A stretch of DNA of 64,000 nt, from assembly GCA_021613535.1 (NCBI GenBank), contig CP075494.1, forward strand, positions 14,260,001 to 14,324,000, given 5' to 3'. Shown in pieces: positions 47,499 to 62,564 of the stretch. Position numbers and translations under genes: made by a program. Positions within the stretch are counted from its first letter, which is position 1, and every line of letters begins with the position of its first letter. Origin of the DNA: Adineta vaga (lineage: Eukaryota > Animalia > Rotifera). A model generated the notes under the pieces. It searched no databases. It saw only the letters and a program-made list of their open reading frames with translations, and was not told where the DNA came from.

Positions 47499-49082
47499 TT
47501 ATTGATATAAATGATGAATTCTTGTGCGATAGAGAATATGTTTTGAAAGTATATCAAATATGAATGCAAGAATTTGTATAGAAATCAATATGGAAAGAAA
47601 GATAATCAAACGTAATGTTGTTTGATTATAATCAATAGAGAAAATTTCCAAATAAAGACGAAAAAGAAAGATGAACATGTTTTCTAACGAAATCAAAGTA
47701 TGAATTGTTAGATTATCGATAGCATTTGGTGTTATTATCGAAAAGATCATTTGTAAGAAGATTAAATTTCGTTTATGTTGATATTTAAATTGATCGAATA
47801 ATAGAATTAAGATGAAAGTTAAATGAAGAATAAGAAATATCATTGGTACCCACCAAATATTCCAACGAAAAAGAAAAAGAAATGAATATAGACGTGTGAT
47901 AATCGAACAAAATCGTGAAAGAATTGTTGGAATTAGAATCAATGAAAATTGTTGACGATGAAGAAGAGTCGAAAGAAGAGAATAATTAATTATTATATAA
48001 TAAAGAATATTACTAAGAACATAGAATGATAAATATGGAAGACGATCAAATATCGATATAGAAGATGAAAAGAATAAATAAGTCCAATTAGATATTTCAT
48101 GAATATTAAATCTTTGCCAATAACTAAAACAATGAAAACAAAATCATTTTCTTCATGACGAAATTTCACGAACTTACTTTATTGTTGATAAATCATCATT
48201 TGCTAACCAACGTGGAATAAAATAATCCATTTGTATGAAAGATTGTGTTGATAATTGAAAATTATTTGACCAAAAATAGAAATTAATCAAAGCAAATAAA
48301 CCTGTATGAATAAGATAAAATGTAGATAATTCATTGAATAAGTTTTGTTTCTTCGAACAATCTACTATTGTAGAATCTGTATTGATTGATAAGGAATCCA
48401 TTCGATGTAAATTTTCATCTCTTTCAAAAGCAATTGTTAGAAAATCAATTAATTCATAAAGTAAATAAAATCGATTTATAAATGGAATTAATAAGAAATA
48501 CGATAGATTCGTTTGAAATTGTATGAGATTATTTATCCAAATAATTATATCACATAGAATAATTGTACAAAGAAAACTAATTAAATAGAATGAACTTGTA
48601 CGATAATAAATATAAATTAAAACAATATCGATAATATTCGTTAGAAGAAATGATAATATGAGAAGACTAATCATAGGGAAGGAAATGTTTGAATCAGATT
48701 TAATGAATGTTTGATCTTCATGTTTGATTTGAGATGATGGATCATAGAGAGTAGAATAAGATAAACTTTTTGTTAAATCAATCGAAGATTTTTGAATATT
48801 TGTTGATAGTCTTTCAGATTGAAGAAGATTTTCATGTGCAAATGGAATAGATTCGATCTTTTTCAATGTTTGTGTACTTTCTAAGGATTCTGTGCCACAT
48901 GTTGTCCAACTGTAACGAATATCTATTGTATTGCTTGGAAATAAATAACGATTTGTTCCATCCGATAAATGATTTTGTTGTGAAGCATGAAAATTTAAAT
49001 CAGCTAAACTTGTATGTTGACAAATGAGTAAATGACATTTTGGACAAGCACTTAAACTAAATGAATGATGAAGAATACTCAT
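47499..49082 (-). CDS. Multipass membrane protein, XK-related (Xkr scramblase)-like, 2 exons (49082-48178, 48123-47499)
   Basis: A phase-2 intron joins the two track ORFs in frame. Many TM helices, with XK-like spacing in IIDIVLIYIYY, SRFCSIITRLYSFLFLF...LILHL and LENMFIFLF. The family call is tentative. Confidence 0.55.
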
Positions 49083-50100
49083 TATTTAGATAATTGTACG
49101 AATCGTTGTTTGAAACTCAATTGATTACTGAAATAAAAAGAAGAAGAGAAGATTCGTTTTCACTAATATAAATCATAACAAATTCAAATATCTTCTGGCT
49201 TACTCTCAGACGTCTATAGACTATCAATTAAAGTTCACACTTGAAAATAACAGTCATTGATCAGTCAACAAATCGCATATGTATATATATATATATATCT
49301 AAACGGAATAAATCGATGAGAGATTTATATACAAAATGCAATTCTCGATTGAACGATGAGAGAAAGGAGAAAGAAACAAAAGAATGGTCAATACTTCATC
49401 ATGTCTACATTTCTCTTTTATCAATTTCAAATTAAAGTATACAATATAGTTCAGAAGTTCACAAATATAACTTACTTATTCTCTTCTTCTTTTGTTTCAC
49501 ATCCTACTTGATTCTATAAGATGAGTGAATCAGTTAATTAAACATAAGGAAACAAAAAAAAACTATGTAGGAGAGAGAATTTCATTTTGATTAGATGTGT
49601 ACGTAATCACAAGAAGTCATACAGCTTATATTATAGACAATACTGTTTTTCATCACATTCTATTGTCTCGATTTCTACCAACAGGCAATTGCCAGATAAT
49701 CATTTTCATCGAAACATCATCCGAATGACTGACTAATCATCCTAATGATTTTTTTCTCTACTTTGCACTCTGATTATATTTATTCACAGTCTGTTCTTTT
49801 TCTCATTCCTATCTAATTAGTATGCATTAGAGATTGATCTTTAGTTCAAATGTTCATGAATTAGATAAGTGTTTGCATAAGTACTTGTCGTCGATGTATT
49901 ACATCGATATTTATAAAGTAATATATGTTTATGAATATTGAAGTAGGTATATCAATTTCGTTCTTTTTTTCTCTTCTTCTTTTCATTAAAGCACCGATAA
50001 GAATACTTGTCATTCAAATGATAGATTATTATATAGAAATTGAAAAGATATTCTTCATCATTCATTATTTATTGTTAAATAAACAAATACTGAATAACAA

Positions 50101-53100
50101 TCAGACAGTAATCGAAACATTATGAATAAAACTATTCGATTTTGTTGGCGGAGGATTCGTACTGTTATTTTTATTATTATTATTATTATTGCTGTTGATA
50201 TTAGATGATGTATATATAACTGGGATACGTCCAGCACGATAATTATTCATTTGTATATGAATAAATGGTGTTGTACTATCATCAGTCGATGAATTTGTAC
50301 TCGTTGATGATGATGATGATGATGAATAAGATAACGAAGGTCGATGATGTACTAATAGAATTGGTGTTGATGGTGAAAGTGAATCGTTTTCAATTTGATT
50401 GAGACTTAAATCTGAAAAATGTCGTTCAAGTGTCAGTTTTGATGGAATAATAGCTGGAGGTAACGATGGTTCAGCAAGAACAATATGACGTAATTGTTGT
50501 TCTTTAATCGTTTTAAATGGATCAGGTGATGATGACGATAATTTTGTATACAAAGGTTTTTTTGCAATCGATTGAATATGATGTGGTAATGAACGTCGTG
50601 CAAATGGTGTTTGACGAATATGTGTTGTTGATGATGTAAGATTATTTGAATCAGTAAGATATTTCGAGGTTGGAGATGAGAATTTTGTTGTTTCATCATA
50701 ACTATCATAGAGACGACGAAAATGACTTCGATTAAATGAAGTTGATGGTGATAATTCTTGATCTTGATGAAATGATTGATTGATTTGTTGACGTTGAGTA
50801 CTAAAAACCAAATTAGGAATTTTAAATGATTGAAAGATTTGAGGAAAAAAAGGGATCGGTAAGCGTCAGTGGTTGAATAGATTTGAATCTGCCGATTAAA
50901 AGTCGAAAATTTCACATAGTACGAAGTAACCACAAAACAAAGCCCATCCCTCAATGTCTTTTCTACAATTATTCCTTTTATATCGATTTACAATTGAGAT
51001 TGTGCAATACCATCCTCGTCCTTTCACATTTTTCTTTTACCTTTCCTGTCGTGGGGGCGCTTTTTTAACAATTTGAGTGAATGCACTATTGCTCGATATG
51101 GATAATTGCGATTTCATTAGGTTAGGTTTGTTGACTTTTTTTAATGGTAGATCTTGCACAATTAGACCGGTTTTTTTAATTATATTTGTCGATAAACGTA
51201 AAGAACGTATATTTGATAAACGTGTTGTTAGAGAATCTAATGTTGGATGATTATTCGATGATGATTCACAATCAGAAACACCCGAATCACCACCACATGA
51301 TGATGATGTGACATCTTGCCGTTTTTTCGATGGTGAAGATTTTTGGAATAGATATGTTGGTGAACAAAGATGAGTTGATAATGAATTTTTTTTACTTGTC
51401 GGTGGTGTAAATGTTGGAAGATTTGTTGTTGGAGGTGATTTCATATGAGAAGATTTATTTGATTCAAAATCATAAGGTTTATAAGCATTTTCCATTTGAT
51501 TTGTTGTATATTTCATTGATTGACGACGAAACATTGGACGACAACATAAATATGGAACAAAACCTTCTTCATCATCAGCTGTTTTAATAAATAACCATTC
51601 ATTTAAGATATATTGAGCATTAACAGGAAAACCTTTAACAACAAAAAGAGAAAGAGATTAAATTTCTGATAAATGCGAATTTTTGTTATATAAAACCTCG
51701 TTGAATTTCGATTTGTTTCTTTTGTAAACCTTTGGCATCTGGATTGAATGAAACGACTACTAACATTGGAATATTTGCTGGTGACTGAGATGAAGCACGA
51801 CGAAGTTTTTCAGTGATTCCGATATCATCATCACCATCTGATTCATCTAAACTTGCTTGCCGCATCAATCGTTTTGGTTTATCTATAGAAATAGGCGCAA
51901 AAATGATCAATGTCAAATATTACGTAGATGAATATTCAAGGTTAAGATGATTAACTAATAGCAAATTCTTCTACATGTCGTTTTTCTTTCATTGAAACTT
52001 ACCTGTTCGTACGAAACCATGTTGCTCAGCTGATGATCGTTCATTAGATTTTGTTGGTAATACTGTTGCACCATCGTATAATGAATCACGTTTAGCTGTA
52101 GTACACAAACATATTTCTAAATAGATCAATGAAGAAAAAAAAAGAGATATTAATAGATAATAGGTTTTCATTTTGGAGGTGAAGAAAAAAACCTCTTGAA
52201 ATAACAATGATTCTCACGTTTATTGGTTTCGCTGGAAGAACGAGTACGTGCTCGTTCAAAGAAACGTCTTAATAACATAATAATACTCGTACACTTGGCA
52301 AAAGATCGATGCCGTAAGGAGAAAAGTAGAAAAGAATGTTACACGGTTTTAACGTCTTCGTGTCGCCTACGATTTCTCTTCGTTGTCGTCGACTTTTTCA
52401 CAATTACATCAATATATACGTCGAATACCAAGTAACTGTACAGGGACATACGTGAATACCGTATCGAATATATATATATATATATATATAGATGTGTTGT
52501 ACTCGAGTGCACACATTACCTTGAACATTCATTCATCGAAAGAAGAAAAAAAAGAGAAATGTGAGAAAGAAAAAAAGCAACTGCTCCAACATCGCTCAAA
52601 ATCTATATCTTTTAGGAAATGAAAGAAAAGTAACATTTCAATATTATTTTCTAAGTTTTCAGTGCAAATGACTGGTTAATCGAGTCCGTATACATAATCA
52701 ATAATATATACACACATTGTCATATTATTATCATGCAATTATACTCAAGAGAATCTCATATGTATATATGCTTCTGTTGAAAATATAATCAAACTCAAGG
52801 GATTCTCTCATTCAAGTACATACGATTATTTATTCGTACCGATTAAGAAGAATAAAAAAAACTTGTTTTGTCGATAGAATGAACACTAGTATTCGAAAAC
52901 GAAGTAAACTCAATGAATTTCATGTTTTTTTTCAAGCAAACGAATGTCTGAATTCATTCAATATAGTCTCTTTATAAAGAGGTCAATCGAATAACGATGA
53001 TGATGATTACTCGAAGCAGCAGGAACAGATGTTGTAGTAGCAGTAACAAACGAAGAAAAATATTTGAACTTATTCTCTTCAGCAAAGAAAGAGAACAGAA

Positions 53101-54102
53101 TGAGAGGAATGAAATTTCTAATTTCACTGATAAATAGCCTGAAGAAACAATGAATATATCTGAATGCTTAGCATCAATGCACTCTTTTTCTAATTAGCGA
53201 AACTTCAGAAGAATTCCGACGCGTCGTAAACAAAACGAATCGAACAAGAACAAGATCACATAGCATTTGACCGCATTTTTTATAAATAATAAATGGAAAA
53301 ATTAAAGACCATGGTCTACTTATTTCATTATCATCTTCAATCAAATCAATTCAATATAATTCTGTCTACTTGTATATTTGTCTGTTAGCAAATAATAGTA
53401 CTCTTAACATCATCATTATTAAATGGCATCAATTGTCTTCCAAAGAAAGTAATGAGAATGAATGAGTTGGCGACTGAACAAGAAAAGTTGAGTTACGTCA
53501 GTCATTTGGATAGATGTATGGAGTAAGTAAGAGAGAAAGTATATGTCAACTGAAGGTCTAATTTCTATCGTTTCGATATTACATCAATGCAGGAAAAAGA
53601 AATGTAAGTATAACATAAGTATATACATATATGTGCTCATTCGTGTTGTTATATGACGCATATACATATTCACGAGTGACGATTTACTCAAAATGACCGT
53701 ATATATATCTGCATAATTTGTTTGATGCATGATATTGAATAATTATTTTTCTGTTATTTTAAGAAAATCGAAAAATGATAAGATTAGATTGATGTGAGAA
53801 TCTCTCGAGATGCGTGTAGAAAGATAGTTTAAAAAGAGGAAAACATCTATTAAACTACACCTGTTAGAGATATATTTGCATGTTTATCACTTGTTAAAAA
53901 ATTCGACTGATCTGCTTAGTGCATTGACACATGCATCTGCTATTCATTGATTAAAAGTACAAAGACAAAATGATCCCACTGATCTTTTCTTCATTAACAA
54001 ATCGAATACGATCCAAATAGTTGATTCTATTCAGTTCGATTTAATTACACTATGAATTAGATACTTACGTTTACTCAGTAATCGACGTGCCAAACCAGTC
54101 AT
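50101..54102 (-). CDS. SH3-domain protein with long S/P/T-rich disordered C-terminus; two candidate first exons
   Basis: SH3-like MLVVVSFNP...QIEIQRGFPVNAQYILNEWLFIKTADDEEGFVPYLCCRP. Exons are joined by in-phase GT-AG introns, and the terminal exon ends at 50101. Confidence 0.7.
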
Positions 54103-55643
54103 TATCAATAATTAAAGAATAAGTAGTAGTCTAAAATAGAAGGTCAAGAATAAGATGGAAGACATATTCCGTCATGATTAAAATGAAAGCAAACTTATGT
54201 TGATAGGTATGAAAAAGAAAATGAGAGTTCTATTTTTTTTTCAATGCCCATCAACTAAGAATAGAAAGAAAAGAATACTGCCGGTTTTTTCTTCACAATT
54301 CATATTCTAATTGTACCACTCATATTCTTTCGTTCTGACAAATAAAACACGATGATGAAGGAGACAGAGAAAGAGGGAAAGACACAGAGAGAGAGAGACA
54401 GAGAAAAAATAGAGGAGAGAAATGCTGTTGAACAAATATTATCGACGGCGTCGTCTTCGTGTCGTTTTTCTCTCGCTATATATTATTTATCTCTTCGCAG
54501 TTCGTTCTCTCGAAAGAGCTAGCGAGAATGCGATGACCATCTTTGTTAAAGAGAGATATTTCGAGTGCAACGGGCGATGTCTGCACAACATGTAATCCAT
54601 CCCACTCGTCATGTTTTTCTTCTCTAATCATTAGAATTTCCGATAGATTATTTTCAGTAAATGAAACGGAAATCAATTCTCATATTGAGTTCAACAATTA
54701 ACACATGTTGAAGAAGATGTTATCTATTTTCTAGAAAACATTGTTCTTTTTCTTTTTCTTTTTTATGAATAAGTGATAATATTTACTTCTTTCTCTATCA
54801 GATGAATAAATAAATCGATTCCTAACAGCAGGCATTTGTTTGCTGATCGTCCTAAGATAATGTTATGAACAATTTTCATTAATCATCTCGATGCCTGTAG
54901 AGAAGAAAATATTCAATGACAGCTTTCTTTCCCATGAACTTTAAACAATTCCATTTTCGAAAACAGTTGATTACTTTCATCAAATTTAAACAGCTGTATT
55001 CATGAATGAACAAACAAACTAATCAGATTTTGATTACATAATTTCAAATGAGCTGAACAAAAAAAAATATCAAGCAAATCTAATAAACGAAATTATCGAA
55101 TTCCTTCGAGACATTCATTTTGTATTCAACTCTTTGCAATCAACCAACAAGTCAAAATGTGGGTGTTAGTATTAAAGTTCATCCGACAACTTCCGTAACT
55201 CTTGAATAGAAGATTTCATTTCGATAAATGCTCACAAGTAATAATAGCGTATATCTTTACAAAAAAAAAACAACAACGGTATTTTTTGACAATTTCCATT
55301 GATAGTATCAGCTGTCAGATGTGAGAATCATTTTCAATGACGATTTATTTCATTAATGATGTTTTTATTCATACTAAGAAAAGAAGAAGAAAAAAAATTG
55401 ATTTTACATTATTAAAAAGAGAAATAATTAAACTGTATGCATTAGGATTAAGATTAAGAAAGAAAAGACATTTGTTGATTTTGTTGTTGAGCACACAAAC
55501 AAAGAATAAACACCCCTCATCTATGTCTAAAGATTTAACTCTAACAAGACGATAATGAAGCAGATCACCGAGAAGAAGAAATGAACTGTAGATTTATATA
55601 CATAAGAAAAAAAGGAAGAGATTTTCTCCTTTTTTTGTTTCGA

Positions 55644-56706
55644 TTATAGAAGTTCTAACCGATCCTTCTTCGGAATTGTTAATTGAAAACGTGATCGATT
55701 TTCATTCGTCTTATGTTTCGTTGTAAGTTTTAAATCGTGTTGTTGTTTCTTGAAAAAGAGTTTTTGTTCATGAAGAAAATTTTCAATTGAACCAAATTGT
55801 AAAAGAATTTCTGATCGACTTTCATCATCAAATTCCTTTAAATCAATCCAAAGTAAATTACGTTTGAGAATATCATCAGAAAATTGTTCACCAAAAATCG
55901 ATATACGTTGTTTCGATGGAATAATTTTTATTGGTTGTGGTGACAAAGTTGTTACAAGTCGTTTTGGCGATGGACTACTAACATATTTCGGAGAAAGACC
56001 ACCGATAGGCGTACGATAATTCGAACTACCCGATGAACTATTTGTACTTGTAGTAGATGCACGTGATAAACGCGGTGATGATGTATCCATAGGTGATAAA
56101 CGTTGTTTAGGTGGTGGAGATGATTTTGATTGTGTTGGAATAGCAGATCGACGAACTGGTGGAGGATATTTTTTCACAGTAGCTATTGAAGCAGCAACGG
56201 ATGTAGATGAACATTGTTCTGTTGGTAATGATGGTTTGAGACGTTTGACAGGACCTGGACGATTTTCGACATCACAGGATGATGCAGAACGTTGAATACC
56301 TTGACCAGGTCGTGCAGGAATATTATGACGAGATGATATGGATAACGAATTGGTTATTGTTGAATTCATTGGCGCTGAAGATGTTGGTGAAAGTTGCATG
56401 GGTGATGGACTTGTAGCTAAAACGAATGAATTTATTTGTAAAGATCAAAGAAAGAATTTCAATGTATATAGTTACCATTTGATAATGAATGACGACCCTG
56501 ACGTTTAGCAAGATTAAGTCGTACGCCCATCGCAGCTTCAAGCGCTTCGAGACGTGATTGTAAATTTGGTCCCAATGATTCTAAATAGATTGAATAGAAG
56601 GTTCTTTTTTTTGTTTTAATATTGATTTTCATTCTCATATTGGCTTTCCTGTGAGAGAAAAAAAAAGTATAATACCTGAACGATGTAATTTAGCTGGAGT
56701 AGGCAT
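55644..56706 (-). CDS. Uncharacterised Ser/Pro/Arg-rich protein, 3 exons
   Basis: MPTPAKLHRS|ESLGPNLQSRLEALEAAMGVRLNLAKRQGRHSLSN|ATSPSPMQL... spliced in frame into the 251-aa track ORF. No family recognised. Confidence 0.65.
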
Positions 56707-57569
56707 ATTATTGTTTTTATATAAATAACAACAAACTTTCAAGAAAAATTGTCGACTTAGAGAATTCCTACTTCAATGTGCACGTGCATGTGGAAAGAGA
56801 AAAGAGAAAAAAAGAATATATATATATATATAATCGTATAGTAAGAAGAACGTGTCATCAGTATAGCGATGCCGGTCCATTTTATGATCTTAGACTTTTT
56901 TCTTCTTTTCTCTTTATCTTCGTTTATGTGTGACAAATACTAACAAAGAGAAGAAAAAACTTACGTTCACTATTAGCTGTTGTTACACCGACAGAATAAG
57001 AACGAGATGTAGGTAATGTGGATGAATGAAGCCTAGGCATATTTACACGAGAAAATCACGTTAATTCATATAATTAACATTAGAAACGAAGTAATATAAT
57101 CTCTAGTAAGCATCAATCATTGACTTAGCCTTCTGTTTCTATGTGTACATCGAACATTTTCGTTCATGTTTTATTTCGTTCTCGGTCATTCATCCATCTA
57201 ATTTTTCTTCTCTCTCGTCATTTTCTTTTTCTTTTTTTTTCTCTTGTCTATTTCTTCCTTATATGTAATAGATGATGAGTACGTTAAATGATGTCGAAGA
57301 AGCGAGGACAAGGTTTTCTATTTCATATGTAACGGTGAATATATACATATATGAACAAGCGAACGATTAAGTCATGCTTGTAAACAAGAGCGGAAAAGGT
57401 GTTCCGATATACATAACTCGTAAGAAAAAAGGACAATTATGTGTTGCATGCGTCTATATTCTTTGATGGATTAGAGGTTAACAATGAATGTCTACACATT
57501 TTGATCACATATAACTATCAAAATAGCACGCTCTCAATCACAATTGAACAGACTTCCTTTTGTGTCTGT

Positions 57570-58409
57570 CTAGTTATTAAAAAACATCACACATATTGAT
57601 TTACTTTTTTTTACTTCACATTTCATTGATGCAATTTTGTTATTACTATTCAAATCGATCGGCAAATGTTGTTGAGTATGATGATTGATTTCTTCTGATG
57701 TGTTTGTTATTGTAAGTTGTAATGGTTCAGTTTGATTCTGTTGTAGAGATACTATTCGTTGTGAAGTTTCTTGAATATCATTGTTGATTTGAGAAATTTC
57801 TATGAGAAGTTGATGATATTCAATTAGGAAAGGATTTTGTTCACAGTAAAATTGTTTTTCAAATTGAATTTGTTGTTTCAATTGACGAATATTCGATTGA
57901 ACTAGATGTTGATCAAATTGAATTTGAAAAACTTCATTTGAAGATTGATATATTTGATTTGTTTGTTTAAGTATTTCTTGTTTTAAATAATCGATTTCAT
58001 TTTCATAATGATGAATAGTTGTTTGAAGTTCATGAAGAATTTGATTCGATTGATGATATTGTTGTTGATATTGATCAATATTCGAGAAGAATTGGATATT
58101 AAATACTTTCTTGTAGAATTGTTTCGAATGATCATGTTGTTTTTCGATCAATTGATAACATTTTTTACGAGATTTGATAGAAGAGAGATTATGAAGTCTG
58201 ATAGGAAATTGACGATGGTAGTAATTATTACGTAATTCATATCGTTCAATAAGATCATGACGAACTTTATTGAGTAGATCATTCGTTGAAATTGTATTGT
58301 CATTAAGTGATTGAATGTGTAATAAAACTAATTCGAAACGTTTATTTAATTGTGCAATAAATTTCATATCAATATCATTGATCATTATTGATAGTCGAAA
58401 TGAATTCAT
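57570..58409 (-). CDS. Gln/His-rich coiled-coil protein, single long ORF
   Basis: About 280 codons open with heptad-like L/I periodicity. Weak resemblance of QLNKRF to intermediate-filament coil 1A. Confidence 0.6.
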   Translation of the reverse strand: MNSFRLSIMINDIDMKFIAQLNKRFELVLLHIQSLNDNTISTNDLLNKVRHDLIERYELRNNYYHRQFPIRLHNLSSIKSRKKCYQLIEKQHDHSKQFYKKVFNIQFFSNIDQYQQQYHQSNQILHELQTTIHHYENEIDYLKQEILKQTNQIYQSSNEVFQIQFDQHLVQSNIRQLKQQIQFEKQFYCEQNPFLIEYHQLLIEISQINNDIQETSQRIVSLQQNQTEPLQLTITNTSEEINHHTQQHLPIDLNSNNKIASMKCEVKKSKSICVMFFNN

Positions 58410-58969
58410 TCGAATAGAAAGAAACAACTTGTAATAAATATATATGTGTGCGGTAATTAATTAAATCATCGATTCAACCAACCATTGTATTGAAATGTAG
58501 AGAGAAGAAGAAAAAAAATAAGAAATTTTTCGTTTAGTTTGACTAAAAGTGCTCATCCTTCCTACTTTGATGATCTGCTCTTCAATGAAGATTATGATGT
58601 ATACTATCATTAGTCTTTTGTTAAGCTCCTGTGTATTATAAATATTTGTTCAAGGCGTTTTATTGACTGTATCATTGTCATCGACAATGTGTACATTATA
58701 TACACTTTTTCTCGAACGAAAGTCTTATGAGGAAATCAAATGGTTCGTATTCATCCGTTCAATTTGATGTACATGTTAAAAGAAATATGAATTCCTCATC
58801 GAAGAATGCGTGTTTAGTTTCGCGCCTAAATTTTATTATTCAAAAGCGAAAAAGAAAAACAGAAGCTTTGTACTATAATCAAATGCCAAGCTGATACATA
58901 AACTATTGATATACAAAAAAACAAAATCGCAATTAATTTATTATGTTCCTAGAAAATCACATCTCGTGT

Positions 58970-61122
<2,153 letters not shown>

Positions 61123-61459
61123 TCTTCCAATTGAATTTTAGTTTTTGTAACACTTTTTCGTATCCTTTACTTGTTACTTATCTCGTTGTGATGTTGAATA
61201 TAAAAAAAGGTCAACTATTCTACCCTTTTCTTTATCGTATATCATGCCTTGTTCTCTTTAGTAGTTACCTTGTCATTGTAATCTTAAACATACAAATCAT
61301 CTATCTTTCTATCGCAAATAGAAGATGTCAATATATAGTTTTGAAAACAAACAGGTGTCTTTATTTTATGATCGTTTTTATTTATAATCAAAGTTAAATA
61401 AGAAGTTGAGTTTCATAGAGTCTTTTTATTTTATGACATAGTCAATACTGTATATTGTT

Positions 61460-61885
61460 TTAACTAAGTTGTAAAATCAAATGAACTTCACCATGTGAAC
61501 CAAGACCGAGATGAGCAGGTAATTTAACCCATTCATCTAAACGACCACCAGCTTGTTGAACTTTTTTCAAACTAATTTTCGCTGAACCAATCGAATCTTT
61601 ACCGACAGCATCATCATCATAGACTTTGAGATGTAATGTATCATCACCTTTTTGTAAATTACTATAAATCAACAATAAAACGAATATTTGTTTCAATGTT
61701 AAAAGTGATTCGACTTACAAATTAAATGTTTCATTCCATGTTGGTGGATTTGTATCTTTTATAGTTGTAGTACGTTGTTTATAATCTTTATCAAAATATA
61801 ATTCAACATAAGCATCATTTTGTCCGAATGCATCTTGATCTTTAAGATTACGACCTTCCACAACGGTTACTTGAACACGAGACAT
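61460..61885 (-). CDS. Stand-alone C2-domain protein, 122 aa, 2 exons (61885-61719, 61661-61460)
   Basis: MSRVQVTVVEGRNLKDQDAFGQNDAYVELYFDKDYKQRTTTIKDTNPPTWNETFNF|NLQKGDDTLHLKVYDDDAVGKDSIGSAKISL...HGEVHLILQLS*. Complete C2 fold with Ca2+-binding Asp residues and a 57-nt GT-AG intron. Confidence 0.93.
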
Positions 61886-62564
61886 ATTCAGTTTAATACA
61901 ATTGAGTTTCTGGTAAATGGAAGAATATATGTCAAAATAAACTGAAGAATAAAGTATACTTTCTCTCTTTATATACTACTACGATTAATAATGATTGCTA
62001 CGAAAATAAGAGCGTGAGAGAGAGAGTAATACACTCGTCAGAATGAATAAGAAGAAAGAACGAAAGAAATATTGGTTTGTTATTTGCTATTGAAATATAA
62101 CACTGCAACGAATATTATTCATGAATCATTTATGACATCAAGGTATCAATGGATATATCGTTACATTTCAAGGCTACTTGATGATTTAGAAGAGAGAGCG
62201 AAAAAGAAAACAAAGGTATTTTCACCAATCATTCTGATAATATATGTATTATTGATGTATTTTGTTTATGGTATGGGATACATAGGGTAGAAATCGAACA
62301 TTAAAATTGTCCTGTGCATTAATGACGCATATACCGTAAAACTAGATTTGAGTGTAGAATATTATACGAGTTATTCACTTGTTCGATTTTATGTTATGTT
62401 ATCGAACGATATATAAATAGAAAAGAAAACGTTTGATTGAAATCCATTGAATAGAACAGAAACTATTAATAAAATACATTAAAAATATCAATTATTTCAA
62501 ATAGTTACAATGAAATTCTATATGAATATTGATGTCTATTTTGTAAAGAAAATATCTAATGTCT

